Assembly: GCA_965219445.1 (NCBI GenBank)
Contig: CBDCNQ010000005.1
Span: forward strand, 1,638,420-1,702,419
Origin: Longimicrobiales bacterium
GTDB lineage: Bacteria; Gemmatimonadota; Gemmatimonadetes; Longimicrobiales; Gaopeijiaceae
Direction: 5' to 3'
Length of the DNA: 64,000 nt
This document shows, piece by piece, positions 1-9,837 of this stretch (its first letter is position 1; every line of letters begins with the position of its first letter). Position numbers and translations under genes: made by a program. Under the pieces are notes generated by a model, which was not told the origin of the DNA, did not search any database, and saw only the letters and a program-made list of their open reading frames with translations.

Positions 1-8
1 CGTTCGGC

Positions 9-470
9 TTGAAGGCGCTGGGCGACCCGAACCTGATGCGCCAGCTCGACGGCGGGCGCTCGCTGTCGCTGAGAACGGCGGACCGGGTTCTGGCGTTCGT
101 GGCGGACTACGACCTGGACTCGGGCGGCGCTCGGACTCCGTCCCGAGGCCACCGGCGCCGGAAGCCTTCGTCACGGGCGAGGAGAACGAGGAGCAGCAGA
201 GCGATGAGTGAACAACCGATCGAACAGAGAACAAATCCGCCGACCCGCTTCCTGCGGCGGCCGGAGGTGACGGCCCGCACGGGGCTCGGGCGGAGCACGA
301 TCAAGGTGCGGATGCGCGAGGGGTGCTTCCCCCGGCCGGTATTGCTGGGCTCGCGCGCCGTGGGCTGGATCGAGGAGGAGGTGGACGCGTGGATCCGCGA
401 GCGGATCGCGGAAAGCCGGGGCGACGCGGAGGTGCCGCCCACTGACCCAAGGACAAAGGAAGATACATGA
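9..470 (+). CDS. HTH-AlpA fusion regulator / putative excisionase (5' end probably outside the window)
   Basis: C-terminal AlpA motif RFLRRPEVTARTGLGRSTI...FPRPVLLGSRAVGWIEEEVDAWIRERI; the N-terminal GDPNL...GRS domain is shared with the paralog at 26609-27100. Confidence 0.8.
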   Translation: MKALGDPNLMRQLDGGRSLSLRTADRVLAFVADYDLDSGGARTPSRGHRRRKPSSRARRTRSSRAMSEQPIEQRTNPPTRFLRRPEVTARTGLGRSTIKVRMREGCFPRPVLLGSRAVGWIEEEVDAWIRERIAESRGDAEVPPTDPRTKEDT

Positions 471-754
471 AGACGTTCTCGAGGACGGTGCGAGCGGCTG
501 CGTGGGCCGCGCTGTGGATGCTCATGCCCGGTCAGCTCTGGGCTCAGGGGACGAGCCCGTGGGTGGAGGCGGTGAACGAGCTGCAGGCGCAGTTCACGGG
601 TCCGATCGCGAGGGGGCTGTCGCTGATCGCGATCGTGGTGGGCGGGCTGATGTTCGCGTTCGGCGAGGGCGGGAGCAAGCGGACGCTGGCCGGGATCATC
701 TTCGGGCTGGGGATGGCGATGGGCGCGGCGAACTTCCTGGCGTGGCTATTCTGA
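467..754 (+). CDS. virB2: VirB2/TrbC pilin
   Basis: Signal-like N-terminus, SPW...FTGPIARGLSLIAIVVGGLMFAFGEG, two hydrophobic segments, first gene of the tra operon. Confidence 0.85.
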   Translation: MKTFSRTVRAAAWAALWMLMPGQLWAQGTSPWVEAVNELQAQFTGPIARGLSLIAIVVGGLMFAFGEGGSKRTLAGIIFGLGMAMGAANFLAWLF

Positions 755-1056
755 TGAGGGGTCTGAGGCGCTGGGCCGGCTATGCGGCGCTGAACCGTCC
801 GCTCACGATCCTGGGTGTGGAGCGTAGGGGGTTTCTCCTCGTCGCGACGCTCGGGCTCGCGATGTGGAACGCGACGGCTTCGCTGGTGACGGGCGGCGTG
901 GTGTTCGCGGTCGGCTTTGGGGCCGGATGGCTGGCCGGCCGCAAGGACCCCGACATGCTCGGCGTGCTACGGGCCGGGACGCGCTACCCGGCGCGCTTCG
1001 ACCCGGGCAAGTGGGCCGAAGAGCCGTGGCATCTCGTGATCCGGAGCGGGCGATGA
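754..1056 (+). CDS. virB3: VirB3/TrbD
   Basis: ALNRPLTILGVER motif, 2 TM segments, KDPDML; translationally coupled to neighbours (TGATG, ATGA). Confidence 0.85.
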   Translation: MRGLRRWAGYAALNRPLTILGVERRGFLLVATLGLAMWNATASLVTGGVVFAVGFGAGWLAGRKDPDMLGVLRAGTRYPARFDPGKWAEEPWHLVIRSGR

Positions 1057-1671
1057 GGATCGCCGCGGAGCTCCGGGACCACGAGGCAGCCGGCTCGCTG
1101 GCCGAGGAGCTGCCCTACTGGGGTTGGCTCGAGGACGGCCGCACCTGCCTGACCCGCTCGGGCGAGCTGATCGCGGTCGGACGTCTGGAGCCTGCGGTGG
1201 TGGATGGGCGTTCGCCGGAACAGATCGACCGCGTGCTGGGCCGCTGGCAGCGGCTGCTCTCGGGTTTGGACGCTGACACGCGCCTCTACTTCTATATGCT
1301 GCGCCGGCCAAGTGTGCCCGAGGCCGCGGACGACGACGGTTCCGGCATCGTAGCGGTGTCCCAGCGTAAGCGCGGCGCGTTTCTCTCGGGCCGCGTGCAG
1401 CGGCTCGAGGCCTACCTGGTCTGGTCGCACGATCCGCGGCTACGCACGGTCGCAGACGGGCCCACGTCGGGTAGCGCCTCCCGGCTCATGCAGTGGTGGA
1501 AGCGCCGCCGAGGGGGCGCGCCCACCTACCTGCGGTCCGAGATCGAGGCCGCCGCCGCCCGCTTTCGCTCGACGGTGGACGCGGGCCGTGCGCTCGTGGA
1601 GGAGCACACGCCGATCGAGATGCTCGAGCCCGCCGAAGCCTCGCGGTTTCTCTCCGAGCTGATCAACCGTC
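1053..1671 (+). pseudogene. virB4: VirB4/TrbE N-terminal part, interrupted at the att core
   Basis: MRIAAELRDHEAAGSLAEELPYWGW...LSELINR, then abrupt switch to AT-rich DNA; joins in frame to 11073-12898. Confidence 0.85.
1661..1671 (+). repeat. attL core
   Basis: GATCAACCGTC at the virB4N/element junction. Confidence 0.8.
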
Positions 1672-1774
1672 TGCTACATATAGATTCCAATACAATCCAT
1701 ATGTGTCTGATAAGATTCTATAACTATATCTATCACAGTGAGTTATGTAGGACACTCCCGGTTGCACTGTCGCT

Positions 1775-3022
1775 GTGTGTCCACTATGTTCCCGTATAGA
1801 ACATACGATATTTTATACGGTGACTCCCGAATTGGATTTGCCCAAACACCGAGGCAGGCGACCGCATAACGCACTCAGCGCGGCCTTCGTGCGCAGCGCC
1901 AAGCCCGGATACTACTGCGATGGGAACGGCCTCTATCTGCGCGTGGACCGATCCGGCGCGCGCCGATGGGAGCAGCGTCTGCGGATCCAGGGCCGAAACC
2001 GCACGCTGGGGCTCGGGGGCTACCAACTGGTATCGCTGGCCGAGGCGCGCGAGAAGGCATTCATGAACCGCAAGATCGCGCGCTCGGGCGGTGATCCGCG
2101 TACCGAGCGGCACAAGGTCCGGGACATGCCCACGTTCGCCGAAGCGGCCGCCCGTGTTCTGGAACAGCTGCGGCCGGGCTGGCGCAGCCCCAGGCATGCG
2201 CAGGACTGGGTCTCCAGCCTGCGCGTCTATGCGTTTCCACAGCTGGGCCATCGTCCGGTTGGCGAGATAACGACAGCCGACGTTCTGGCGGTGCTGACAC
2301 CGATCTGGCACGCCAAGCAGGTGACTGCCCGGCGGGTGCGCCAGCGCATTGGGGCGGTGATGAAGTGGGCGGTGGCGATGGGGCTTCGGCCGGACAACCC
2401 CGCCAGCGATGTGCTCGGTCAAGCGCTTGGCCGACAACGAGCCGTAGTCCGGCACATGCGCGCGTTGCATCACTCGAAGGTCGCGGGCGCGATGGAGACG
2501 GTGCGGAAGTCGCACGCTTACCCGGCCACGAAACTCGCCTTCGAGTTCCTGGTGTTGACGGCGGCCCGCTCGGGAGAGGTTCGCTTGGCGCACTGGGATG
2601 AAATCGACCTGGAGGCTCGAGAGTGGACGGTTCCCGCCGAACGCACGAAGGCCCATCGCCCCCACAGGGTGCCGCTGTCCGGGCGCGCTGTGGAGATACT
2701 GAGCGAGGCGCGGACGCTCGGCGGCGGCAGCGGTCTCGTTTTCCCGTCGCCGGAGGGCCGCGCATCTGCCCACAGCAGACTCTCCACGCTGCTCCGAGAC
2801 CTGGGTATCGCGGCCGTGCCGCACGGCTTCCGGTCGAGCTTCAGGGACTGGTGCGGCGAGTGTTCCAACGCACCGCGTGAAGTCGCCGAGGCCGCGTTGG
2901 CGCATGCGGTTGGCAACAAGGTGGAAGCGGCTTACGCGCGTTCCGACCTGTTCGAGCGCAGGCGCGTCCTGATGGACAATTGGGCTACGTATCTGAGTAA
3001 GGAGCCTACGGCAGATCACTGA
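1775..3022 (+). CDS. int: P4-like tyrosine integrase (true start probably a little downstream)
   Basis: Arm-binding domain DGNGLYLRV...LGLGGY..VSLAEAR; catalytic R(SGE), K, HGFR, LAH and AY residues. Confidence 0.95.
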   Translation: MCPLCSRIEHTIFYTVTPELDLPKHRGRRPHNALSAAFVRSAKPGYYCDGNGLYLRVDRSGARRWEQRLRIQGRNRTLGLGGYQLVSLAEAREKAFMNRKIARSGGDPRTERHKVRDMPTFAEAAARVLEQLRPGWRSPRHAQDWVSSLRVYAFPQLGHRPVGEITTADVLAVLTPIWHAKQVTARRVRQRIGAVMKWAVAMGLRPDNPASDVLGQALGRQRAVVRHMRALHHSKVAGAMETVRKSHAYPATKLAFEFLVLTAARSGEVRLAHWDEIDLEAREWTVPAERTKAHRPHRVPLSGRAVEILSEARTLGGGSGLVFPSPEGRASAHSRLSTLLRDLGIAAVPHGFRSSFRDWCGECSNAPREVAEAALAHAVGNKVEAAYARSDLFERRRVLMDNWATYLSKEPTADH

Positions 3023-3153
3023 TCGTTCCGATCCGACCATGCAGCCGAAGCGTCTGTTTGAACCACCGCGCATCGTCTAACCCGCATCAGGTTGGACGAG
3101 AGTCCGAGTCAGCGGCAGGCGTGAGCCAGGCCGTGGGTAGGGCCTCCGCCCCC

Positions 3154-3877
3154 ATGCGGGTCCAGAAGTACATCTCCCGGGCAGGGGCGGCGTCGCGCCG
3201 TCAGGCCGAAGTCCTGATGCGCGATGGCCGGATCACGGTAAACGGCGTGCCAGTCACCGTCATGGGGACGCTCGTGACCCCGGGCGTCGACACCGTGATG
3301 CTGGATGGGCGTGTGGTGGAAGTCGCGCCGCGGCGGTGGCTCGTCTTCCACAAGCCGCGTGGAGTTCTCTGCACCCGTGGCGATCCTCACGGCGGCGAGA
3401 CGATCTACGCCCTCCGCCCCAACTCGGCACGATCGCTACGCTACGTGGGTCGACTCGATCGCGATACTTCGGGGCTGCTGCTCCTCACCAACGACGGGGA
3501 CATGGGGTTCGCGTTGGCTCATCCCAGCGGGGGCGTCGAGATGGTGGCCGGGCAGATAACAGCCCCGGGGGCTGCGGTCGCTGAGGCATGGCATCGAGCT
3601 GGAAGACGGCTTTGCGCGGCCCAGGTCGGTCCGCAAGGTCCGATTCGGCGCAGAGGATTGGGGTGTGAGGCTGGTCCTGGCGGAAGGCCGAAAGCGGGAG
3701 GTGCGGCGGCTGCTGAAGGCGGTGGGGCATCCGGTGGTGGAACTCGTACGCACGCGCTTCGGCCCCTTCCGTCTGGGAAAACTGAAGCCCGGCACCTGGA
3801 GGCCGGCGCACACATCGGAACTTGCGGAGGCGCGCGCCCTGATCCGGCGAGGGGGCCGCGGCCGGTCGCGTCGCTAG
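3154..3877 (+). pseudogene. rluB: RluB/RsuA-family pseudouridine synthase, disrupted
   Basis: MRVQKYISRAGAASRR (S4 domain), GRLDRDTSGLLLLTNDG; frame shifts near 3540-3580 to ...EGRKREVRRLLKAVGHPVVELVRTRFG. Confidence 0.85.
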
Positions 3878-3887
3878 AGGAGATGGA

Positions 3888-4524
3888 ATGGCTGAGCTGA
3901 CAATCGAGGTGGTCGAGCATCCGCTCATCGAACACAAGCTGTCCTTTGTGCGGGACCGGAGCACCGGGCAGAAGCGGATGCGGGAACTCGTCGAGGAGAT
4001 CACGCTGCTGATGACCTTCCAGGCCCTGCGAGGACTGAGGGGCGAAGAGGTGGCCTTCTCGACACCACTCGAAGAGACGCGGGCGCGTCGTATCCGCGAA
4101 GACCGGATCGTCGTCGTCCCGATCCTGAGGGCGGGGCTGGGCATGGTCGAGGGAGTGCTGCGGCTGATTCCGGGAGCGCGGGTGGGCCATCTGGGCTTCT
4201 ATCGGAACGAAGAGACGCTGCAGCCCGTGCGCTACTACGGAAAACTGCCCCCCGACGCCGAACGGTGCAGCTTTCTGCTGGTGGATCCGATGCTTGGAAC
4301 CGGTGGCACTGCCTGTGCCTCTATCGCGGATCTGAAGGCACGCGGGGCGCACGACATCGCACTGATGTGTCTGATTGCGGCGCCCCGAGGGAGCCGGCCG
4401 CCTGGCTATGGAGCACCCTGACGTGCCCATATTCGCTGCGGCACTCGACCGCAGGCTCAACAAGCGTGGCTACATCCTTCCAGGCCTCGGGGACGGGGGC
4501 GACCGTCTGTTCGGCACCCTGTAG
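3888..4524 (+). pseudogene. upp: Uracil phosphoribosyltransferase with a +1 frameshift (may be a sequencing error)
   Basis: HPLIEHKL, VPILRAGLGM, VDPMLGTGGT; an extra C in the run at 4383-4386 moves [21 protein letters not shown] into another frame. Confidence 0.9.
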
Positions 4525-4556
4525 CAGGCGGCTCACCTTTCGGTTACCGTTAAGAT

Positions 4557-4630
4557 GGGCCCATAGCTCAGGCGGTTAGAGCAGCGGACTCATAATCCGA
4601 CGGTCGGGGGTTCAAGTCTCTCTGGGCCCA
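4557..4630 (+). tRNA. tRNA with CAT anticodon (Ile2-like or elongator Met)
   Basis: GGGCCCA/TGGGCCC acceptor stem, TAGCTCAG..GGTTAGAGCA D-arm, CTCATAA loop, GGTTCAAGTC T-loop; no encoded CCA; two G-U pairs in the T-stem. Confidence 0.9.
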
Positions 4631-4733
4631 TGAGTGCGCGGGCTTTGTGGCCTTCGAGCACTTGACGACCGAGGAAAAGCGGCTTCAATTCTCGTAGGTT
4701 CTCGCGCTTCTCAAACTCTGAAGGCGGCGGCAC

Positions 4734-5096
4734 TTGTTCTTCCGGCAATCGAGCAGATGGGACCTGCGCCGGGTGGGCATTTCGTGCATCGCCACGCTTC
4801 AGATCGGCGTTTCGGCCAGCCTGAGTCCCGCCGATGCGATCCTCGACATCGAGGGATTCGGGTCACCGGTTCATATCGAATCGCCGGAAAATGCAGATTG
4901 TGCCGTCGATCACGGGCACTTCTTCTGCCAAGTGGTGCGATCGCTCTCCAAGGCCGGGGTCTCGGAAGGGATCACGCTTTCCCAGGTAGGCGAGCCTCCC
5001 CTCCGACTACCCGAGGCGAACCGAGACGCTGACCGAGTCCCCATCGCGCGGGTCCTGGTCGGTTCGGTCTTTCCCAGGGCTCCGCCCACCGCTTGA
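4734..5096 (+). CDS. DUF2946-like leader protein ending in a RAPP motif (start uncertain)
   Basis: His/Cys cluster HIE...CAVDHGHFFC and C-terminal PRAPPTA*, 84 nt upstream of a TonB-dependent receptor. Confidence 0.65.
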   Translation: MFFRQSSRWDLRRVGISCIATLQIGVSASLSPADAILDIEGFGSPVHIESPENADCAVDHGHFFCQVVRSLSKAGVSEGITLSQVGEPPLRLPEANRDADRVPIARVLVGSVFPRAPPTA

Positions 5097-5180
5097 CGCG
5101 CCTCGGGGCGCCCGCGCCCCGCTCCTTCCGTCCTTTCACGGTCTGGTCACCCTATCGCGGGTGGCCCGTATCCGTGAACC

Positions 5181-7445
5181 GTGCGTCCAAAGCGAATCCG
5201 CCATCCATTGAAGAAAACGCTGCTCGACTTGCTCCGTACCGGCGTCGTCATAACCATCGCCGGACTCGCCGCGCTATCGGCACCCGCATCATCGCAGGAG
5301 CCGGAGCACGAAGGCGAGATCGAGGGGGTGGTGCGCGACGCCGAGACGGGAGCCCCTCTCGCAGGGGGGCTCGTTTCGGTCATCGGCACGGGAACGAGGG
5401 CCGTGACACACGGCGACGGGACCTTTCACCTGACCGGGATCGCCGACGGGAGCTACTCGCTACGAGTCGACCGGTTGGGGTACCGCGGCTCTACCACCGA
5501 GGTGACGGCGGGGGACGAATCCGCGGTAGTCGTAATCGAATTGGTGACGTCTCCGATTGCACTCCAGGGAATGGTGGTCACCGCGACCCTTACCGAGCGG
5601 GGTGCCGCGGAAGCGCTGCGGCCCGTGAGCGTCATGGCTGGCGAAGAGCTGCAACGCCGGATGGAAGCGACTATCGCGGCAACCCTGGCCGCCATGCCGG
5701 GGATGGCCGTCACGAGCATGGGACCGGCAGTTTCGCAACCGGTTGTCCGCGGGTTGAGCGGGGACAGGGTGCTCTTGCTGGAGGACGGGACAGCTGTGGG
5801 GGATGCCTCCAACTCCGGCTCGGACCACACTACCGGGCTCGACCCGGCGTCCGCACGACGGATCGAGGTGGTGCGGGGCCCGGGGGCCCTCCTCTACGGG
5901 GGTAACGCCCTTGGCGGGGTCATTAACGTCATCCGCGATGAGATCCCCTCGGCGGTCCCGCATCACGTGACGGGCTCGGCAACGCTTCAGACCCAGACGG
6001 TGACCGGCTCGCTGAGTGGCAGCGCGACGGCCGTTTTCGCGGTCGCCGAGCACGTGCCTTTGCGCGTGGAGGGGGCGGTGCGGACGGGTGGAGACCTCAA
6101 GACACCGCTGGGCACACTGCCCAACACCGATGGCGATCTGTGGAGTGGCGGAGTCGGCACGGCCTACGTGGCGGAGTGGGGTCACCTGGGGGCGTCTTTC
6201 CGTGGCTATCGAAACCACTACGGCATCCCGGGCGGTTTCGTGGGGGGACACGAGGAAGGGGTGCGTATCGAGATGGAGCGCGCCGCTTCGAAATTCCGGA
6301 CTTTGGTCGACGATCCCGTCGGTCTCTTCCAGGACATCCGTTTCGACGCGACCCACACCTGGTATCGACACCGTGAACTGGAGCCACCGGGAATCCTCGG
6401 AACCCTCTACGAGAGGCAGACCGCCAGTGGGGAACTCCTGGGCCGACACGGAGAATTGGGACCCTTCACAGCAGGAGCGGTGGGCGGTCGTTTTTCCTGG
6501 GAGGACTTCGGGTACGGCGGAAGCCTGTACACGCCGGACACGCGTCGCAGCAAGGCGTCTCTGTACTTTCTGGAAGAGGTCGACCTGGGATCTGTCCAGA
6601 TCGAATGGGGGCTACGCTACGACTGGACCGGAGCCAATCCGGTGGAGAGTGATCGGGATTCGGACATCGGCAAGATCCGTAACCGCACGTTCAATTCGTT
6701 GTCGGGTTCGCTCGGTGTGCTGTACACCGCCAGCTCGGGTCTGACGCTCGGGGTCAGTCTTACCCGTGCGTTCCGGACACCCGACATCAACGAACTCTAC
6801 TCGGAGGGGCCGCATCTGGCGGCCTACTCTTTCGAAGTCGGAAACCCGTCCCTGGAGGGCGAGATCGGTAGAGGGCTCGACGTCTTCCTCCGCTTCGAGT
6901 CCGACCGGGTAAGGGCCGAAGTGACCGGCTTCTACAACGACATCGAGGACTACGTCTACGGAGAGGACACGGGCCGCCTGAGCCGGGTGCTCCTCCCCAT
7001 CTATCAGTTCCGGGGCAACGACGCTGTCTTCAGCGGTTTCGAAGCCGCCGCGGACCTGGCCGTGGGGCGCGGAATGGCCCTGGAGGCGGTTGCGTCGTCG
7101 GTGAAGGGGAGTCTGAAGGCGACCGAGCAACCCCTCCCACTCGTACCTCCGCTCAAAGGGCATTTGGCTCTGAAGTACGAGCGGCCGCTGTGGTTCATCC
7201 GCGCGGAGACCGAGATGGCGAGCCGCCAGGACCGAATCGGCGAGTTCGAGATGCCGACCGGCGGCTACACGGTCCTGAATCTCTCAGCCGGTGCGAGGGT
7301 CACTCTGGGAGGTCGTCTGAATGTGCTCACGGTGAGCCTCGACAACGCCACGGACGCGGAATACCGCAACCACCTCTCCCGGGTAAAGGAGATCATGCCC
7401 GAGGCCGGGAGGGGCCTGAGTGTGACATACCGAGTCGTGTTCTAG
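5181..7445 (+). CDS. TonB-dependent outer-membrane receptor, probably for a metal
   Basis: Signal peptide, carboxypeptidase-regulatory-like N domain, plug motifs PVVRGLSGDRV and RIEVVRGPGALLYGGNALGGVINVI, ELYSEGPH, C-terminal Phe. Confidence 0.92.
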   Translation: MRPKRIRHPLKKTLLDLLRTGVVITIAGLAALSAPASSQEPEHEGEIEGVVRDAETGAPLAGGLVSVIGTGTRAVTHGDGTFHLTGIADGSYSLRVDRLGYRGSTTEVTAGDESAVVVIELVTSPIALQGMVVTATLTERGAAEALRPVSVMAGEELQRRMEATIAATLAAMPGMAVTSMGPAVSQPVVRGLSGDRVLLLEDGTAVGDASNSGSDHTTGLDPASARRIEVVRGPGALLYGGNALGGVINVIRDEIPSAVPHHVTGSATLQTQTVTGSLSGSATAVFAVAEHVPLRVEGAVRTGGDLKTPLGTLPNTDGDLWSGGVGTAYVAEWGHLGASFRGYRNHYGIPGGFVGGHEEGVRIEMERAASKFRTLVDDPVGLFQDIRFDATHTWYRHRELEPPGILGTLYERQTASGELLGRHGELGPFTAGAVGGRFSWEDFGYGGSLYTPDTRRSKASLYFLEEVDLGSVQIEWGLRYDWTGANPVESDRDSDIGKIRNRTFNSLSGSLGVLYTASSGLTLGVSLTRAFRTPDINELYSEGPHLAAYSFEVGNPSLEGEIGRGLDVFLRFESDRVRAEVTGFYNDIEDYVYGEDTGRLSRVLLPIYQFRGNDAVFSGFEAAADLAVGRGMALEAVASSVKGSLKATEQPLPLVPPLKGHLALKYERPLWFIRAETEMASRQDRIGEFEMPTGGYTVLNLSAGARVTLGGRLNVLTVSLDNATDAEYRNHLSRVKEIMPEAGRGLSVTYRVVF

Positions 7446-7516
7446 GAATGTTCCGGCGCACGACTTCGACTGACCGACACAATGAAAAACTCAAGAGCCA
7501 TCGAAGGAGAATACAG

Positions 7517-7990
7517 ATGAACACGAAGAGCTACAGAAGCCCGCTGGCCGCATTGGCGGCCATTCTCGCCCTGACGCTTGCCGGCTGCAGCGAGTCGATG
7601 ACCGAGGTCGAAGAGGAACATGCGGAACCCGAGGGAGTCGAGCTGGTCATGGGCGGCCTCGTGATCGCCACCTACGATGGGGAGACTCAGAGATGGGTCG
7701 GCGAGATGGAGGTCGATGCAGGTGAGGAGACGCCCCACATCGCGGTGCGATTTGTCGATCATGACGGCGATGCGATCACTCTCGGCCAGGAGCTCTACCT
7801 GGAGGTGGATATCGAAGATGAATCGATTGCCGAGTTCGAACAGGATACGCCGGGAGAGTTCGGTGGCCATCTACACGGCGTCGCGGAGGGTGAAACGGGA
7901 GTGACTTTCAAGCTCATGCATGGTACCATCGGGTCCGGACATCCCGACTTCGTGACGACTCCCGTCCACGCGCATGTGCATGGGTCATGA
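7517..7990 (+). CDS. His/acidic-rich lipoprotein
   Basis: GAAGGAG RBS, lipobox LAGC, EEEHAEPEG, LMHG...GHPDF, HAHVH. Confidence 0.8.
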   Translation: MNTKSYRSPLAALAAILALTLAGCSESMTEVEEEHAEPEGVELVMGGLVIATYDGETQRWVGEMEVDAGEETPHIAVRFVDHDGDAITLGQELYLEVDIEDESIAEFEQDTPGEFGGHLHGVAEGETGVTFKLMHGTIGSGHPDFVTTPVHAHVHGS

Positions 7991-8360
7991 ATCCTGGCAG
8001 CCCGTGGAAGAAACCCTCTCGGCATTCGACCGGCGATGCATCCGGGCCGGGACGCTGCGTTCTGCGTTGCTTTTCGGGCGAATAGCGCTGCTCCTCGCCC
8101 TTCAAAGCGCCTTGCCGGGCCGTAGGATCGCCCAAGATCGACGAACTCCCGTCCCTGAGGGGTACGGGTAGGGTGGAAAGCGGGGCGCGGGAGAGGTCGC
8201 CGCCATCGCCAAGGCGAACGGACTCGCCCTCGCCGCCCGCGAGACTGGTGGCAACGAGGCGGAGAAGCTTGCCCGCAACGGCCCGGTGGACGCTGTTCCG
8301 GGCGGTGCCCGGAGGTGCGTGACGGAGGTCCGTCAGCGCTGGCTTGAGCCACTCTAAGGT

Positions 8361-8450
8361 GGTCAAGCCAGCCTACCCTTTGGGGCCACGCTTCGCGGGT
8401 CCCCGGCAGGGGCTGGCGAGGGTGGCTCCGCCCCCTTCGATCCCCTGGAC
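8361..8450 (-). other. oriT-like site, copy 1
   Basis: GCCAGCC...GGCTGGC inverted repeat; minus strand reads GTAGGCTGGCTTGAC; homologous to 19787-19870 and 23855-23917. Confidence 0.5.
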
Positions 8451-8679
8451 GCCCGCGCTCCGGCAGGCCATGGCGCGCACGCGGCCGGCAGGTCGCGCGC
8501 ATCGGCGGCAACCTCAACCACCTCGGGGCAGTTTCGGGCTTGGTCGAGCGCCGACGCCGACCTCACTGGGACGACTTGCCGAGCCACCTAGCTGGTGAAA
8601 AGCCGTGACCGGCGGCCGGATTCGTTGATACGCCGCGCTCGCAGCGGCGCTTGATGGCCTTCCCGCTAGGGATTGCTGG

Positions 8680-8975
8680 AGGGGAGCGACCCCCGGCGGA
8701 GGGTGGCATGGGTGTGCACATGCCAACCCTCCGCGATGCCGATCGAGGCATCGAATCCGGGGGGTCGCTCCCTTCTTCGGCCGAAAGCTCCGGAGCGGCG
8801 TCGCCGCTCCGGCGGCCGTGCCGCAACTGTAAGACAGGCAGCCACATACGGGAGCGCCGGCGCGCACATGAAAATGGCGTTTCGGTGCACATGCACCCCG
8901 TTGTCTGATGTGCACTCGCCGATCAGCACCGACGCTCGCCGTCCGGGGGTCAAGATCCGCCCCCCGGAAGCCGAC
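8680..8975 (-). repeat. Inverted copy of the structured intergenic element at 18615-18872, plus the last codons of the upstream gene
   Basis: Near-identical reverse complement over about 260 bp. Confidence 0.85.
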
Positions 8976-8981
8976 TCGAAC

Positions 8982-9234
8982 GCCATGGCGGCATCTCTAT
9001 GCTGACCCCCGAACAGGTCCACTTCGGTCACGCCGATCAAGTCATCGCCCGCAGGAAGGCTGTGCTCCGCGAGGCTTGGGCCGCTCATCCCGAGCGCTTC
9101 GTCTCCGGTCAACCGAAGCCTCAACCACTCCCGGAGGCCGTCTGGATCAATCCTCCAAGCCTCCCCCTCACTACACAGGAGATTGCTCTCTAATTGATTC
9201 CCCCCGAGTGTCTCACAACCGTTGACAGGTTCCG
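8982..9234 (+). mobile_element. IS3-family 3' fragment
   Basis: MLTPEQVHFG...EAVWINPP and end GTTGACAGGTTCCG, matching the IS at 44626-46192. Confidence 0.9.
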
Positions 9235-9549
9235 TTGCGCCATGTCGTCAGGTGCGACGAGTACAAGCCCTCCCGCCGTAGGAGTCGGCCGACCTCTCCG
9301 AACTCCGTGCAGCGGTCCGCTTCTTCGACGATCCGCAGCTTGTACGACGGAGCGAACCGGCGGCGGAGCGGCTTAACCACGACCTCCGGGTCCGGAGCAG
9401 CTGCCGCGCTTCGCTTACCCTCCCAGGTTAGTGGGGCGATTCCATTCTCTTCCATTCTCTCTCGGTGTCCCAGCATCCTCGATTTCTCTGCCTTCGCCCT
9501 ACTCTAATTCTTTACTCGTTCCGTGTCTCACCTAAGTTGGCAGAGAGGG
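9235..9549 (-). mobile_element. IS3-family 5' fragment (orfA part), same IS type in opposite orientation
   Basis: RRRFAPSYKLRIVEEADRC...LLRREGLYSSHL; end CCCTCTCTGCCAAC. Confidence 0.9.
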
Positions 9550-9550
9550 T

Positions 9551-9745
9551 TACGTTGTTGAAGGACATGTGCCCGCGGATGACATCAAAAGCATGCTCCG
9601 GGACAGGCCGACCATGGTGGGGTTGGCGATACCGGGTATGATTGTCGGGACGCCCGGAATGGAGGTGCCCGGCCAGCTGGCTCGACCTTATCAGGTTCTC
9701 GCGTTCGACGAACAGGGTAGGACGGCCGTCTACACTAGCCGTTGA
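9551..9745 (+). pseudogene. DUF411 (CopG-like metal-binding protein), C-terminal half truncated by the IS
   Basis: Hand translation YVVEGHVPADDI...GLAIPGMIVGTPGME...YQVLAFD. Confidence 0.8.
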
Positions 9746-9837
9746 GGGTCAGATTCTTAACGCCTCTTGGGGACTTTTCCTTCAATGGTAGGACGGACTC
9801 GTGACCTTTAGGTGAACACTCTGCGGAAGGAGCCTCC

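Noticed and set aside
1784..3073. Long antisense ORFs over the integrases (also 23934-25259 and 41988-43055) and over other GC-rich genes
   Set aside because: Shadow frames of high-GC coding sequence with no recognisable motifs.
4557..4630. tRNA as the integrase attachment site
   Set aside because: No duplicated tRNA 3' end was found in the window; the duplicated core lies in virB4.
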